The notes: generated by a model not told the origin, from the sequence alone. DNA of 64,000 nucleotides from an uncultured Nitrososphaeria archaeon (GCA_964529905.1 CAZGXJ010000003.1:2245-66244); one strand, 5' to 3'. Counted from the first letter of the stretch, positions 30,728-40,635 are shown. Numbers and translations are program-made.

Positions 30728-32089
30728 CTAATCGCCCATTTCGGGGAGCTCCTTTATAAGACCTCTCTTCATTAACTCCTTTAGAGTCTCCCTACTATTC
30801 CTAATTATGGTTATAGCTCTCTCCCATAACTCATCCCTGGAATATTTAACCCTGGCTATCCCCTCCTTTATACTTTCCAGTGCTACAGCTACAGCTACCC
30901 TTGGATATACTTCCCACTCCTCCATAGAGGGAACTATATATTCTTCATGGATTCCCTTCTCCTCGGCATACTCAGCTAATGCCTTTGCAGCTACTACACA
31001 CATCATATCAGTAATGGTTTTTGCCCTGACATCTAGGACTCCCCTAAATATTCCAGGGAATCCTAGGCTATTATTTATCTGATTGGGAAAGTCGGATCTA
31101 CCTGTAGCGACTATTCTTGCTCCAGCCTCTTTAGCCTCCCAAGGCCATATCTCTGGGACAGGGTTAGCGGTTGCGAATACTATTGGGTCATCCGACATTA
31201 TCTTTATCCACTCCTTCTTAATCACATTTGGCCCCGGCCTAGAAGCCCCGATAACTACATCTGCCCCTCTAAAGGCGTCTTCAATCTTCTCAATCATATC
31301 TGGATTTGTCTTTTCAGCCAGCCTATATTTCCATGGATTTTTCTCCTTCTTAAGTATATCCTTCCTTCCAGCATGTATAACACCTTTACTATCTATTAAA
31401 TACATATGCTCAGGCTTTGCACCGGCTAACATTAATACTTCCGCGGCCTTCGTATTGGCGGCGCCCACGCCGAATAGGACTATCTTAATCTCATCCATCT
31501 TTTTACCAACTATTTTCAAGGAGTTTATCAATCCAGCTAATATTACCGTTGCGGTTCCCTGCTGATCATCATGCCATACAGGAATACTTAACCTCTTCCT
31601 AGCCTCCTCTAATATATAGAAACATTTTGGTTTCTCTATATCCTCGAGATTAATCCCACCGAATGAAGGCTCTATCCATTCGAGGAATCGGATGATCTCG
31701 AATGGGTCATGGGTCCTAATACTTAGGGGGATCGCATCTACACCACCTAAATATTTAAAGAGTAGGGCCTTCCCCTCCATAACAGGTAATCCAGCCTCTG
31801 GACCTATATTTCCAAGTCCCAATACCCGAGAACCATCTGTAACTATGGCAACGGTATTTCCCCTATTAGTATATTCAAACGATTTATCTATATCATCTCT
31901 GATTTCCTCCGATACAGACGCTACACCTGGTGTATACCATATGTCAAAATCAGATAATCCCCTCACGGGGCATTTAGGTATTGTCTGTATTTTACCACCA
32001 TAATATTTATGTAGATATGGAGATATCCTACCCGGCTTTTCAGCCTTCTCAATCAATTTTTTAATATCCTCCTCCACTCTCGACACCAC
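30728..32089 (-). CDS. NAD(P)-dependent malic enzyme
   Basis: YTPGVA, TDGSRVLGLGNIG, MEGKALLFK, INLEDI, HDDQQGT, TGRSDFPNQINN. Confidence 0.95.
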   Translation of the reverse strand: MVSRVEEDIKKLIEKAEKPGRISPYLHKYYGGKIQTIPKCPVRGLSDFDIWYTPGVASVSEEIRDDIDKSFEYTNRGNTVAIVTDGSRVLGLGNIGPEAGLPVMEGKALLFKYLGGVDAIPLSIRTHDPFEIIRFLEWIEPSFGGINLEDIEKPKCFYILEEARKRLSIPVWHDDQQGTATVILAGLINSLKIVGKKMDEIKIVLFGVGAANTKAAEVLMLAGAKPEHMYLIDSKGVIHAGRKDILKKEKNPWKYRLAEKTNPDMIEKIEDAFRGADVVIGASRPGPNVIKKEWIKIMSDDPIVFATANPVPEIWPWEAKEAGARIVATGRSDFPNQINNSLGFPGIFRGVLDVRAKTITDMMCVVAAKALAEYAEEKGIHEEYIVPSMEEWEVYPRVAVAVALESIKEGIARVKYSRDELWERAITIIRNSRETLKELMKRGLIKELPEMGD

Positions 32090-32190
32090 AATATAAAAAA
32101 CTTATGTGTAGGCATAGTATGGAATAATAGTATAAATAGTATATTTCAATTTATGGATTGGTTTTAGGCTTGAGCCGTAGGGTTGATTAT

Positions 32191-32688
32191 CTACCTATAT
32201 TGATATATTCTTGCTATAAACTCGTTTAAATTCTTAGACTTAATCAATTCTTCTAAGGCCTTATCGCCACCCATAAGTTTTACAGCCTCCTCAAATGTCT
32301 CTAGGAATCTTAGCTGGACGGTATCCTCAGGTCCGCATCCCCTAATCCTAATGAATTTATTGTAGGCTTCATCCAATGTATAACCTTTTAGAATTAGGAA
32401 TGCTATGGATACTGTCCCAGTTCTCCCACATCCAGCTCTACAATGTAGATACACTTTCTTACCCGTATTCAATAGTGCATTGATCGTCTTCAATGCATAT
32501 CCTATATTCCAAATGGGCTCTACATTGAAGTCTAAAATGTCGAAGCAATAGTTATCAACCTCCCTATTGATATATGGCTTTGCACCACAGTCTAGAGATA
32601 TAATTGCATCAATCTCTAAATCATCTAGAAATATTTTCCCTGGTCCGACGAATAATCCCTTATATATTTCTATAGGCATAATACTCAA
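32191..32688 (-). CDS. Dual-specificity / cysteine-dependent protein phosphatase
   Basis: HCRAGCGRTG P-loop (HCx5R). Confidence 0.88.
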   Translation of the reverse strand: MSIMPIEIYKGLFVGPGKIFLDDLEIDAIISLDCGAKPYINREVDNYCFDILDFNVEPIWNIGYALKTINALLNTGKKVYLHCRAGCGRTGTVSIAFLILKGYTLDEAYNKFIRIRGCGPEDTVQLRFLETFEEAVKLMGGDKALEELIKSKNLNEFIARIYQYR

Positions 32689-32731
32689 TATATCTAAATA
32701 TGGATTAGATAAATCTTTAGGGTGATGGGGG

Positions 32732-32947
32732 ATGGATGTGGAGAATATAAGTATACCTAAGTCTCTATATAATAGGATCTTGAAGATTGCGGAGGACCTA
32801 GACGTTAATGTTAATGAATTAATTATTGATATGTTGAGGGAGGCGGTGTCTAGATATGAGGAGGAGATCGGATCACGTTTAGAGCTGTCTGAGGAGGAGG
32901 TTAAAAAGATTAAGGATAGGCTTAGGAGTCTAGGCTATCTAGACTAA
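32732..32947 (+). CDS. Small CopG/RHH-like protein with C-terminal RLRSLGYL motif
   Basis: ISIPKSLYNRI strand-helix-helix pattern; ends EEEVKKIKDRLRSLGYLD. Confidence 0.8.
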   Translation: MDVENISIPKSLYNRILKIAEDLDVNVNELIIDMLREAVSRYEEEIGSRLELSEEEVKKIKDRLRSLGYLD

Positions 32948-32960
32948 GGTGGATATTGAT

Positions 32961-34109
32961 ATGGTTAGTAGGCCCCATGGTGGGAGGCTTGTTGAAAGGA
33001 TATTGTCTCCTGAGAAGATTGAGAAGATCTTGGGGGAGTTGGGGGAGTATGAAGCGTTGGAGGTTGACGATGTAAGATATAGGGATGTAGAGAACCTTGG
33101 ATATGGAATATATAGTCCCCTCACAGGTTTTATAGATTCGGTTGAGCTGGATAGCATACTAAATAACATGAGGCTTACAAACGATCTTCCATGGACAATC
33201 CCAATTATATTAGATGTTGACGGGTCTTTTAGGAATAGGTTTGGGCCTGGTGATGAAATCATACTTAAATATAGTGGTAAACCTATCGCTAGGCTACATA
33301 TAAGTGAGATTTATAGATATGATAAGAAGGAGTTTGTGGAGAAAGTCTTTAAGACAAGAGATGTTAATCATCCAGGTGTGAAGACGTTATATGGATATGG
33401 AGATTATCTCGTTGCTGGTGATATAGAATATATCCCCTCCTATGACGATGGATATCAAAACTATTTCCTATCTCCTAAGGAGACTAGGGTATTGTTTAGG
33501 GAGAGGAGGTGGGAAACAATAGTTGCTTTTCAGACTAGGAATGTCCCACATCTAGGGCATGAATATGTACAGAAGACTGCCTTGACATTTGTAGACGGCC
33601 TATTTATAAATCCTGTTATTGGTAGGAAGAAGAGGGGTGATTTCAGGGATGAAGTTATCCTAGATGCATATAAGACATTGATTAAATATTATTATCCAAG
33701 GGATTCTGTTATCCTGAGTATAGTGAGATATGGTATGAGATATGCAGGTCCTAGAGAGGCTATCCACCATGCAATTATGAGGAAGAACTTTGGCGCCACC
33801 CACTTTATCGTGGGTAGGGACCATGCAGGGGTGGGTAATTATTATGGTAGGTATGAGGCTCAGGAGATATTTAAGGAATTCCCAGATCTAGGTATCACAC
33901 CCTTCTTCTTTAAGGAATTCTTCTACTGTAGGGGATGTGGAGGAATGTCTAATGAACGTATATGCCCCCATAGGGTTGAGGATAGGATCTATATTAGTGG
34001 GACTAAGATTAGGGAGAGCCTTAAAAAGGGGGTTCTCCCACCTAGTGAGATGATGAGGAGAGAGGTCGCCGAGACGATTTTGAGATATGGTGATCCATTT
34101 GTCAGGTGA
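32961..34109 (+). CDS. sat: Sulfate adenylyltransferase (ATP sulfurylase)
   Basis: PHGGRL, FQTRNVPHLGHE, MRYAGPREA, THFIVGRDHAGVG, ISGTKIR. Confidence 0.97.
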   Translation: MVSRPHGGRLVERILSPEKIEKILGELGEYEALEVDDVRYRDVENLGYGIYSPLTGFIDSVELDSILNNMRLTNDLPWTIPIILDVDGSFRNRFGPGDEIILKYSGKPIARLHISEIYRYDKKEFVEKVFKTRDVNHPGVKTLYGYGDYLVAGDIEYIPSYDDGYQNYFLSPKETRVLFRERRWETIVAFQTRNVPHLGHEYVQKTALTFVDGLFINPVIGRKKRGDFRDEVILDAYKTLIKYYYPRDSVILSIVRYGMRYAGPREAIHHAIMRKNFGATHFIVGRDHAGVGNYYGRYEAQEIFKEFPDLGITPFFFKEFFYCRGCGGMSNERICPHRVEDRIYISGTKIRESLKKGVLPPSEMMRREVAETILRYGDPFVR

Positions 34110-35118
34110 ATCTGGTATACTAAAGGATTTAGTGGGTTCCAAACCCCTAATTATTTTCCATTGGGATGCAGATGGAATCACCTCTACAAGTCTGTTGAAG
34201 AATTTTCTAGAGCTAGATCCATATCTATATGTCCCCAGGATAGGCTTCTATTTAATAGATTTGGATGAGGTTTCGATGTTTAAGGGTTTTGACAATATCT
34301 TCATTGTAGATTTCGGTGTTGAGACCCCTATTTTAGAGAGATTGGGAGATAGATTTGGATGTGAAGTCTTCGTGTTTGACCATCATCATAGGAGACATTC
34401 AAAGAAAATCAAGATATTCAACTATTTAGTGGATGGAAGGCCGTATCCATCTGAGTCTGTCATGGTAACGGAGTTGCTCCATCTCGAACCCAATCTACTA
34501 ACTGTATTAGGGTATGTTGGAGACCTATTTGATAGGGCCCTCAACGATAGATATTCTTATATTCTAAAACATGTAGAATCCAGATATGGATATGAGTATA
34601 GTTCTATTAAATATATGGTTGACCTAATACAATCCAACTATGTATTCCAAGATAGGGATGAGATAATTAGATCTGTCGATTATCTAATCGATTCTCTAGA
34701 GGATCCAAATATCATCTTTGAGAATGATTTATGGAAGGCTAGATATAATGAGATGATGGATACCATAGATAGGCTTCGAGATATGGAGCCTATAAAAATG
34801 GGTAGGGTGTTATTCTTCGAGGTTAAAGAAAGTTTATATATTACCTCATATATAGGCCGGGATCTAGCTAAGAAGTATCGTGGATACTATGTCTTAGTGG
34901 GTTTTCCAAACCTCTCGGATGGATATTCCCAGATATATTTAAGGATAGATGGGGAGCCAGATATAAGTTTTAGAGATTTGATCGCTGAGTTGAATAATCT
35001 TGGGCTCTATGCAGGTGGGAAGGAGAGGGTCTTAGGAGTATTTATGGAGAAAGATAGATATAGAGAGGTTATTAATCATATACTTAAAAAGTTGGGTGTA
35101 GGAGATGGTATGTGGTAA
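34087..35118 (+). CDS. DHH-family phosphoesterase
   Basis: HWDADG, IVDFG, FDHH, VGD motifs, C-terminal AGG. Confidence 0.85.
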   Translation: MVIHLSGESGILKDLVGSKPLIIFHWDADGITSTSLLKNFLELDPYLYVPRIGFYLIDLDEVSMFKGFDNIFIVDFGVETPILERLGDRFGCEVFVFDHHHRRHSKKIKIFNYLVDGRPYPSESVMVTELLHLEPNLLTVLGYVGDLFDRALNDRYSYILKHVESRYGYEYSSIKYMVDLIQSNYVFQDRDEIIRSVDYLIDSLEDPNIIFENDLWKARYNEMMDTIDRLRDMEPIKMGRVLFFEVKESLYITSYIGRDLAKKYRGYYVLVGFPNLSDGYSQIYLRIDGEPDISFRDLIAELNNLGLYAGGKERVLGVFMEKDRYREVINHILKKLGVGDGMW

Positions 35119-35637
35119 GGGATTTGTCATATGGCTAACTGGTATTCCAGGCTCAGGTAAAACTACTTTGGCCAAGAGACTAAAAAGTTTTCTTGAGGAG
35201 AGGGGATTATGTGTTGAACACTTAGACGGTGATGAGTTAGGCCATGGCTAAGTCCCGAGGCGGGATTTTCAAGGGGGGGAAGGGGTAGGCACCTAAGAAG
35301 AGGCGCTTTTGTATCCCATCTTCTAGCTAGAAACGGTGTCATAGTTATAGCATCCTTCGTCTCACCCTATAGAGAGACTAGAGATGTGGCTAGAAGCCTA
35401 AATAGAGGTAGGTTTATAGAGGTATATGTAAAATGTCCAGTTGAAGTGGCCATTAAGAGGGATCCTAAAGGATTATATAAGAAGGCTTTGAGGGGTGAGA
35501 TTAAAGATATGACTGGTATACAGGATATATATGAGCCGCCGGAGAATCCCGAGATCATAGTTGAGACAGATAAGGAGTCGGTCGATGAATCACTTAATAA
35601 GATAATTGACTTTCTGATTCGGAACAGTTATATTTAA
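35105..35637 (+). pseudogene. cysC: Adenylylsulfate kinase, frameshifted (real pseudogene or assembly error)
   Basis: First frame MVCGKGFVIWLTGIPGSGKTT...HLDGDEL stops at 35249-35251. Adding one base near 35239 restores RPWLSPEAGFSR...SFVSPYRETR...RDPKGLYKKA...MTGIQDIYEPP. Confidence 0.9.
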
Positions 35638-35640
35638 GAG

Positions 35641-37044
35641 GTGGTATATCTGAAGAAGAGATTATTTGTGTTCGGTTTAGATGCGGCTCCTCCAAGCCTA
35701 CTCTTCCGAGACTTCCTACCATACTTACCAAACTTCCAAAAAGTCCTGAAACATTCTATATACGGGGAGATGAGGAGCTGCGACCCACCTATAACGGTCC
35801 CAGCATGGATGGTTATGATGACTGGTAGAGAGCCTGGGGAACTGGGTCTATATGGTTTTAGACATAGGAAGGGATATAGTTACAAAGATATAGTACTCCC
35901 ATCTAGTAGGGATGTCAAGGTTGATAGGGTTTGGGATATCCTAGGTAAAAATAATTATAAGAGTTTTATTATGGGTGTTCCCCCTTCATATCCACCTTAT
36001 AAGATTAATGGATGGCTTATAAGCTGTTTCTTGACACCAGATGATACGACGACATTTACATATCCATTGACTTTGAAGTATGAGGTTAAGAAGATAGTTG
36101 ATAGATATATATTTGACGTTCCTTTTCGCAGGGAGGATAGGGACTGGGTGTTGGACAATATAAATTTAATGACTGATATACACTCTAAAGTCGCTTTAAA
36201 GATGGCTAAAAGCAAGCCTTGGGACTTCTTCATGTATATGGAGATCGGATTAGATAGGGTTCAACATGCATTCTGGAAATACATGGATAGGAGTCATGTA
36301 AGATATGAGGAACACCCTAGATACTCGAAGGCGATTCTAAATTACTATATTAAGCTTGATAAGATCCTTGGAGAGATATTGGAGGTTGTAGGTGACTCAG
36401 ATATTTTAATCGTCTCTGATCATGGTGCTAAGAAGATGGATGGAGCTTTTGCAATAAATGAATGGCTTATGGATAGGGGGTATCTAAAGGTGAGGGATAG
36501 AGATATTAGGCCTAGGACTAGGTTATCCGATGTAGATATTGATTGGAGTGAAACCATTGCATGGGGCTGGGGTGGATATTATGGTAGGTTATTTATAAAT
36601 GTCGAGGGTAGGGAGGAGTCAGGAATAGTTTCTTGGGATGAATATAATGATATCTTAAGTAGATTGGCTAAGGAGGTATCCTCTATAAGGGGCCCGAATA
36701 AAGAGGTATGGAATAACATTGTATACCGTCCAAGGGATCTATATAGAGAGTTAAGAGGTAATCCACCTGACCTCATGATATATTTCGACGATCTAAACTG
36801 GAGATCAGCTGGGACTATTGGATATGATACTCCATATCTTGAGGAGAACGATACAGGTCCGGATGATGCAGTCCATGACTATAACGGTATATTTATATGG
36901 TATTCCAAGAGATTTAATTCACCCATTAATATTGGGGAAGTATCGATATATGATATAGCCCCCACAATATTGGGATACTATGATCTAACACCTCCAGATG
37001 TAAGGGGTAATGTTATAGAGGAGATAGTTAGATATATGTCTTAA
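35641..37044 (+). CDS. Alkaline-phosphatase-superfamily (nucleotide pyrophosphatase/phosphodiesterase-like) protein
   Basis: GLDAA, PPITVPAW (Thr nucleophile position), DRVQH, SDHG, DDAVH, DIAPTIL. Confidence 0.9.
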   Translation: MVYLKKRLFVFGLDAAPPSLLFRDFLPYLPNFQKVLKHSIYGEMRSCDPPITVPAWMVMMTGREPGELGLYGFRHRKGYSYKDIVLPSSRDVKVDRVWDILGKNNYKSFIMGVPPSYPPYKINGWLISCFLTPDDTTTFTYPLTLKYEVKKIVDRYIFDVPFRREDRDWVLDNINLMTDIHSKVALKMAKSKPWDFFMYMEIGLDRVQHAFWKYMDRSHVRYEEHPRYSKAILNYYIKLDKILGEILEVVGDSDILIVSDHGAKKMDGAFAINEWLMDRGYLKVRDRDIRPRTRLSDVDIDWSETIAWGWGGYYGRLFINVEGREESGIVSWDEYNDILSRLAKEVSSIRGPNKEVWNNIVYRPRDLYRELRGNPPDLMIYFDDLNWRSAGTIGYDTPYLEENDTGPDDAVHDYNGIFIWYSKRFNSPINIGEVSIYDIAPTILGYYDLTPPDVRGNVIEEIVRYMS

Positions 37045-37080
37045 GTTACATAGCTAGATAATTATCTCCAAAAGGAGTCA

Positions 37081-37770
37081 TCATATATTTATCTCCTTCC
37101 TCATATAGGCTATGAAGGATATGAATATTATGACAAGCGATATGAATAAAGTTATATACTCTAGTACATACCATCTCAATGTGAGATAGTCTATATACCT
37201 TGTAGCGGTTAGGGGACCTATAAAAAAGGTAATAATTGAGGCGATAGGATCTAGTTTATAGTTGAGCGATCTCGCCCTATTTAGGAGGATTGGGGGTATA
37301 TAAGGAAGTAGTAGGAAGACTATTGATAGGTATATAAAAGCCCCCCTATAAGATGGTAGGAGGAATGAGACGGATATAAATGCTAGATATATAACTATCT
37401 TAAGGTTAAGTGGTGAAAGATATAAAAATCCATCTTCATGGGTTGATATTACCAGGTTTAGAGGTATAACTATAAGTAGGTTTATTAATAGGAATGTTAC
37501 TATCCTCCCTATGAATGTGTCGGCCATACTTCCAAATATATTTATCTCGAATGCCTCAACCCTAGGCTCTCTATATAGAAATATAGAGATTACAAGTACT
37601 ATTATTGGGAGTATAGCCATATCTACATCTAGGATAAAGATATCTAATAACTCATTTCTCCCTATAAATGGGACTGTTATCAATGTAGGTAATAGGTATA
37701 ATATTGAGATAAAGGGATGTATAAAGACATCTTTAAAATACCATTTGATCGACCTAAGGATTTTCTGCAT
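37081..37770 (-). CDS. ABC-2-type permease-like membrane protein
   Basis: About six hydrophobic segments, RKEI end, coupled to an ABC ATPase. Confidence 0.7.
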   Translation of the reverse strand: MQKILRSIKWYFKDVFIHPFISILYLLPTLITVPFIGRNELLDIFILDVDMAILPIIVLVISIFLYREPRVEAFEINIFGSMADTFIGRIVTFLLINLLIVIPLNLVISTHEDGFLYLSPLNLKIVIYLAFISVSFLLPSYRGAFIYLSIVFLLLPYIPPILLNRARSLNYKLDPIASIITFFIGPLTATRYIDYLTLRWYVLEYITLFISLVIIFISFIAYMRKEINI

Positions 37771-38596
37771 ATATCCATCTCCTCAATCCAGCTCTCCTAT
37801 ATCCAATTATAGATCCATTATTTAGAAGCTCATATAGAATGTCCATATCCTCTAATTTAATCAGTAGATGTGTCCCGAAATCCGCTAAAATATTCAGTTT
37901 TTGATATATCATATCTACTACATCTCTATCTACGAGAACTTCATAAATTCCCTCAGTAAATATATCCCTCTTATCTCCGACCCATCTAACCCTACCATCA
38001 CTAATAATCATTAATTTCTCTGATAATACCTCAGCCTCCTCTATTACATGGGTTGTAAAGATAATCCCACCTCTATCCTTCATAACATCGTAGAAAACCC
38101 TTCTATATTTAATATCTAGATTTGATAGTGGTTCATCTAGAATCGCTATCTTATCTCGATATATTATTAGGCTTATCAATAGGGATAATATTTGAGACTG
38201 CCCACTACTTAATTCATATAGTCTCTTTTCCATTATATCATTTAATGGAAGGTCGTCTCCATAATTATCTAAAATGTTTCTCAATCCATCTTTGCCTATG
38301 AGTATATTTAGGATATCTCTTACTCTTAATGCCAAATTATATCTCGGTTTCTCAAAAGTATATGTTATATAGTTATATATTCTCCATCTATTAGAATATG
38401 GTTCTATACCGTTAATATAGGCTTTACCAGATGTAGGCCGTCTAATACCAGATAGTATGGTCAGGAATGTGGTCTTCCCAGATCCGTTCGGACCTACAAT
38501 AGCTATTATATTCCCTGATATCTCTAGATTTAGGTTGTCTAATGCAACCACTCTACCGAATACCTTCCTAAGTTTAACAGCTTTGATGTTAACCAT
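37754..38596 (-). CDS. ABC transporter ATP-binding protein (exporter type)
   Basis: GPNGSGKTT, LSSGQ, ILDEP, TTH; ATG at 38596 after GGAGGAGG. Confidence 0.93.
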   Translation of the reverse strand: MVNIKAVKLRKVFGRVVALDNLNLEISGNIIAIVGPNGSGKTTFLTILSGIRRPTSGKAYINGIEPYSNRWRIYNYITYTFEKPRYNLALRVRDILNILIGKDGLRNILDNYGDDLPLNDIMEKRLYELSSGQSQILSLLISLIIYRDKIAILDEPLSNLDIKYRRVFYDVMKDRGGIIFTTHVIEEAEVLSEKLMIISDGRVRWVGDKRDIFTEGIYEVLVDRDVVDMIYQKLNILADFGTHLLIKLEDMDILYELLNNGSIIGYRRAGLRRWIYAENP

Positions 38597-38597
38597 C

Positions 38598-39593
38598 TTA
38601 CCTCCTCCTAATATGTAGGACGAACATGATGATTGCAACAGCCGTTATTACCTCACTTAAAGGTGTCAGACCTATATATAATGTGATTAATCCTAACAGC
38701 CATTCCTGTGATCTAGGGGATATATTTGTATTATAAAGTATCAATTTTTCCCAGTATATGTCAATGGATAGGTTTGCTATATTCCTATATGCATCCCTTA
38801 TAAATGATAGGAAGTCAATATTAAACGTATCTATAAGCATATTTATTATTGGCCCTCCATTTAGATAAATTATCCTACTTAACCTCTCTTCTTTAAAGTC
38901 GTTTGCATAGTCCGATGAGAAGTGGTAGAGAATATATCCATTATCCATTTTTAGGTATGACAGGAACGTTCCTCCATCATATCTATCTCTGAGAAAACCA
39001 CATTTAATGTCGCTATAATATAGCGGAGCCTCACCAATTAATACATCATCATTCAATAGGTAGAACCCAGCCACATATTTCCTGGGTACACCGAATATAG
39101 ATGGTGAGCCGGATAAATCTCCAAATAATATCTTTCCAGGTGATTCACATATGAATATTTTAAGGCTGTACTCAGATACCATTTCCTTTGATGAGGTTGG
39201 GAATAATACCTTTATCATTGGGTGATCCCTATCAACCTGCAGTTCTCTTATAAATATGACCCTCTCTTCGGAGAAGTTAAATATATCCCCTGCTATAAAT
39301 CCGTCTGCTATATCTGTATTGTTAACAACCTTTATCCATATTTCCGCATAACTATCACTAAATGATATATTCAATTTGAAGATGTAATGCCTCGATAAAG
39401 AATTAATAATATGGGTTTCATTATATGTACCTTCAAAAAATATTCTTCCATAATATGTAAACCTTGCCCCATTTTCTATCCCATGTTTGGAAGAGAAATA
39501 TTTAATATATGCCATAGCATATGGAGCTAATATGATTGTGAAGAGTAATAGGAGTAATACCATCCCCACAACTAGATATGTAGATATCCTCAT
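38598..39593 (-). CDS. Hypothetical surface protein, N-terminal signal/TM and C-terminal membrane anchor
   Basis: Hydrophobic N-terminus; C-terminal hydrophobic stretch ending HIRRR. Confidence 0.7.
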   Translation of the reverse strand: MRISTYLVVGMVLLLLLFTIILAPYAMAYIKYFSSKHGIENGARFTYYGRIFFEGTYNETHIINSLSRHYIFKLNISFSDSYAEIWIKVVNNTDIADGFIAGDIFNFSEERVIFIRELQVDRDHPMIKVLFPTSSKEMVSEYSLKIFICESPGKILFGDLSGSPSIFGVPRKYVAGFYLLNDDVLIGEAPLYYSDIKCGFLRDRYDGGTFLSYLKMDNGYILYHFSSDYANDFKEERLSRIIYLNGGPIINMLIDTFNIDFLSFIRDAYRNIANLSIDIYWEKLILYNTNISPRSQEWLLGLITLYIGLTPLSEVITAVAIIMFVLHIRRR

Positions 39594-39666
39594 ATCCAGA
39601 CACCACACCTTAAGAATAAATAATTATAAAAATTATTGTCAATCAAACTATGAAAATTTTATCAGA

Positions 39667-40161
39667 TTAACCTGCCTGCCCTTCGAAGAACTTTCTCAAG
39701 AATCTATATGCATCCTCTAGGGCATCGATTATTGAATATCTTACATTATCCACTTCATAATATACTACATACCTTACTACATAGTTTCCATAAGTCTTCA
39801 ACTTTACTATATTCTTTCCACTGAAGTTGATATTCCACGATCCCTGATTCCATCGAGTAACCTCTTTCACAATATGGGGACTTATCGTTTCACTATATGT
39901 ACTTGCTGATGCGAAGCATGTTATACACCACCAAGCTACCCATGCTTCATGACGTGTATAGCTTAGGAATGTGTCGAAGGTAGATGGATTTATAAGTATC
40001 CCCTTCACCGTGGTTTTTACATGTGTAGCCTCCCATCCAAGATAATTTACTGTATAAACTTTAAGGGTTACCTCCATTCCCGACTGGCTATATACATATA
40101 GAATATGAGGCATTAGGAGGAGAAGAATGGATATCATTAATAGACCCTTTTTGGACCTCAT
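39667..40161 (-). CDS. Hypothetical secreted protein (164 aa)
   Basis: MRSKK plus hydrophobic signal peptide; Trp/Tyr/Thr/Val-rich mature part with WVAWWCITC. Confidence 0.7.
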   Translation of the reverse strand: MRSKKGLLMISILLLLMPHILYVYSQSGMEVTLKVYTVNYLGWEATHVKTTVKGILINPSTFDTFLSYTRHEAWVAWWCITCFASASTYSETISPHIVKEVTRWNQGSWNINFSGKNIVKLKTYGNYVVRYVVYYEVDNVRYSIIDALEDAYRFLRKFFEGQAG

Positions 40162-40188
40162 ATCTATTTAAATCTATTTAAATCTATT
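40162..40188. repeat. 10-bp tandem repeat (ATCTATTTAA x2.7)
   Basis: atctatttaa atctatttaa atctatt directly upstream of the ATG at 40161. Confidence 0.75.
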
Positions 40189-40282
40189 CTCTATACAATA
40201 TTAGTAATCTATCAATCTATAGATATGGAAAATTAGAAAAATAAGAAATGTAAATATAGTCTATTATGTCTTATATATTTCT

Positions 40283-40492
40283 CTATAGGTAGCCTAGGCT
40301 TCTTAGCCTCTCCTTAATCTCTTCCTCCTCTTCCGGTGTATATACCTTCTCCTCTTCTCCAAGCGTCTCCCTTATGATGAATTCCAGCAGCTCCTCGGGT
40401 GATTTAAATTCTCCTTCACTCTCCTTTACTGTCTTTACTAGGAGGTCATATACCTCCTTTGAAATCTCTATCTTCACTTTCTCATCACTCAT
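40283..40492 (-). CDS. Small CopG/RHH-like protein with C-terminal RLRSLGYL motif
   Basis: VKIEISKEVYDLL...FKSPEELLEFIIRE; ends YTPEEEEEIKERLRSLGYL. Confidence 0.82.
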   Translation of the reverse strand: MSDEKVKIEISKEVYDLLVKTVKESEGEFKSPEELLEFIIRETLGEEEKVYTPEEEEEIKERLRSLGYL

Positions 40493-40635
40493 ATATCATC
40501 ATTATAAAAGTATAGGTAGGATGGTAATAAAGCATACATATCTATGTGGTACTAAATACTTCAAACCTAATTTCCAATACATGTCATCTTCTTTATTGGA
40601 AATCTTATAAAGTATTTAAATCATTATAACATTCC

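Noticed and set aside
35230..35290. Programmed ribosomal frameshift in cysC
   Set aside because: No slippery heptamer before the stop at 35249-35251; the G-run lies after the stop
39667..40161. c-type cytochrome (CITC)
   Set aside because: CxxC is followed by Phe, not His
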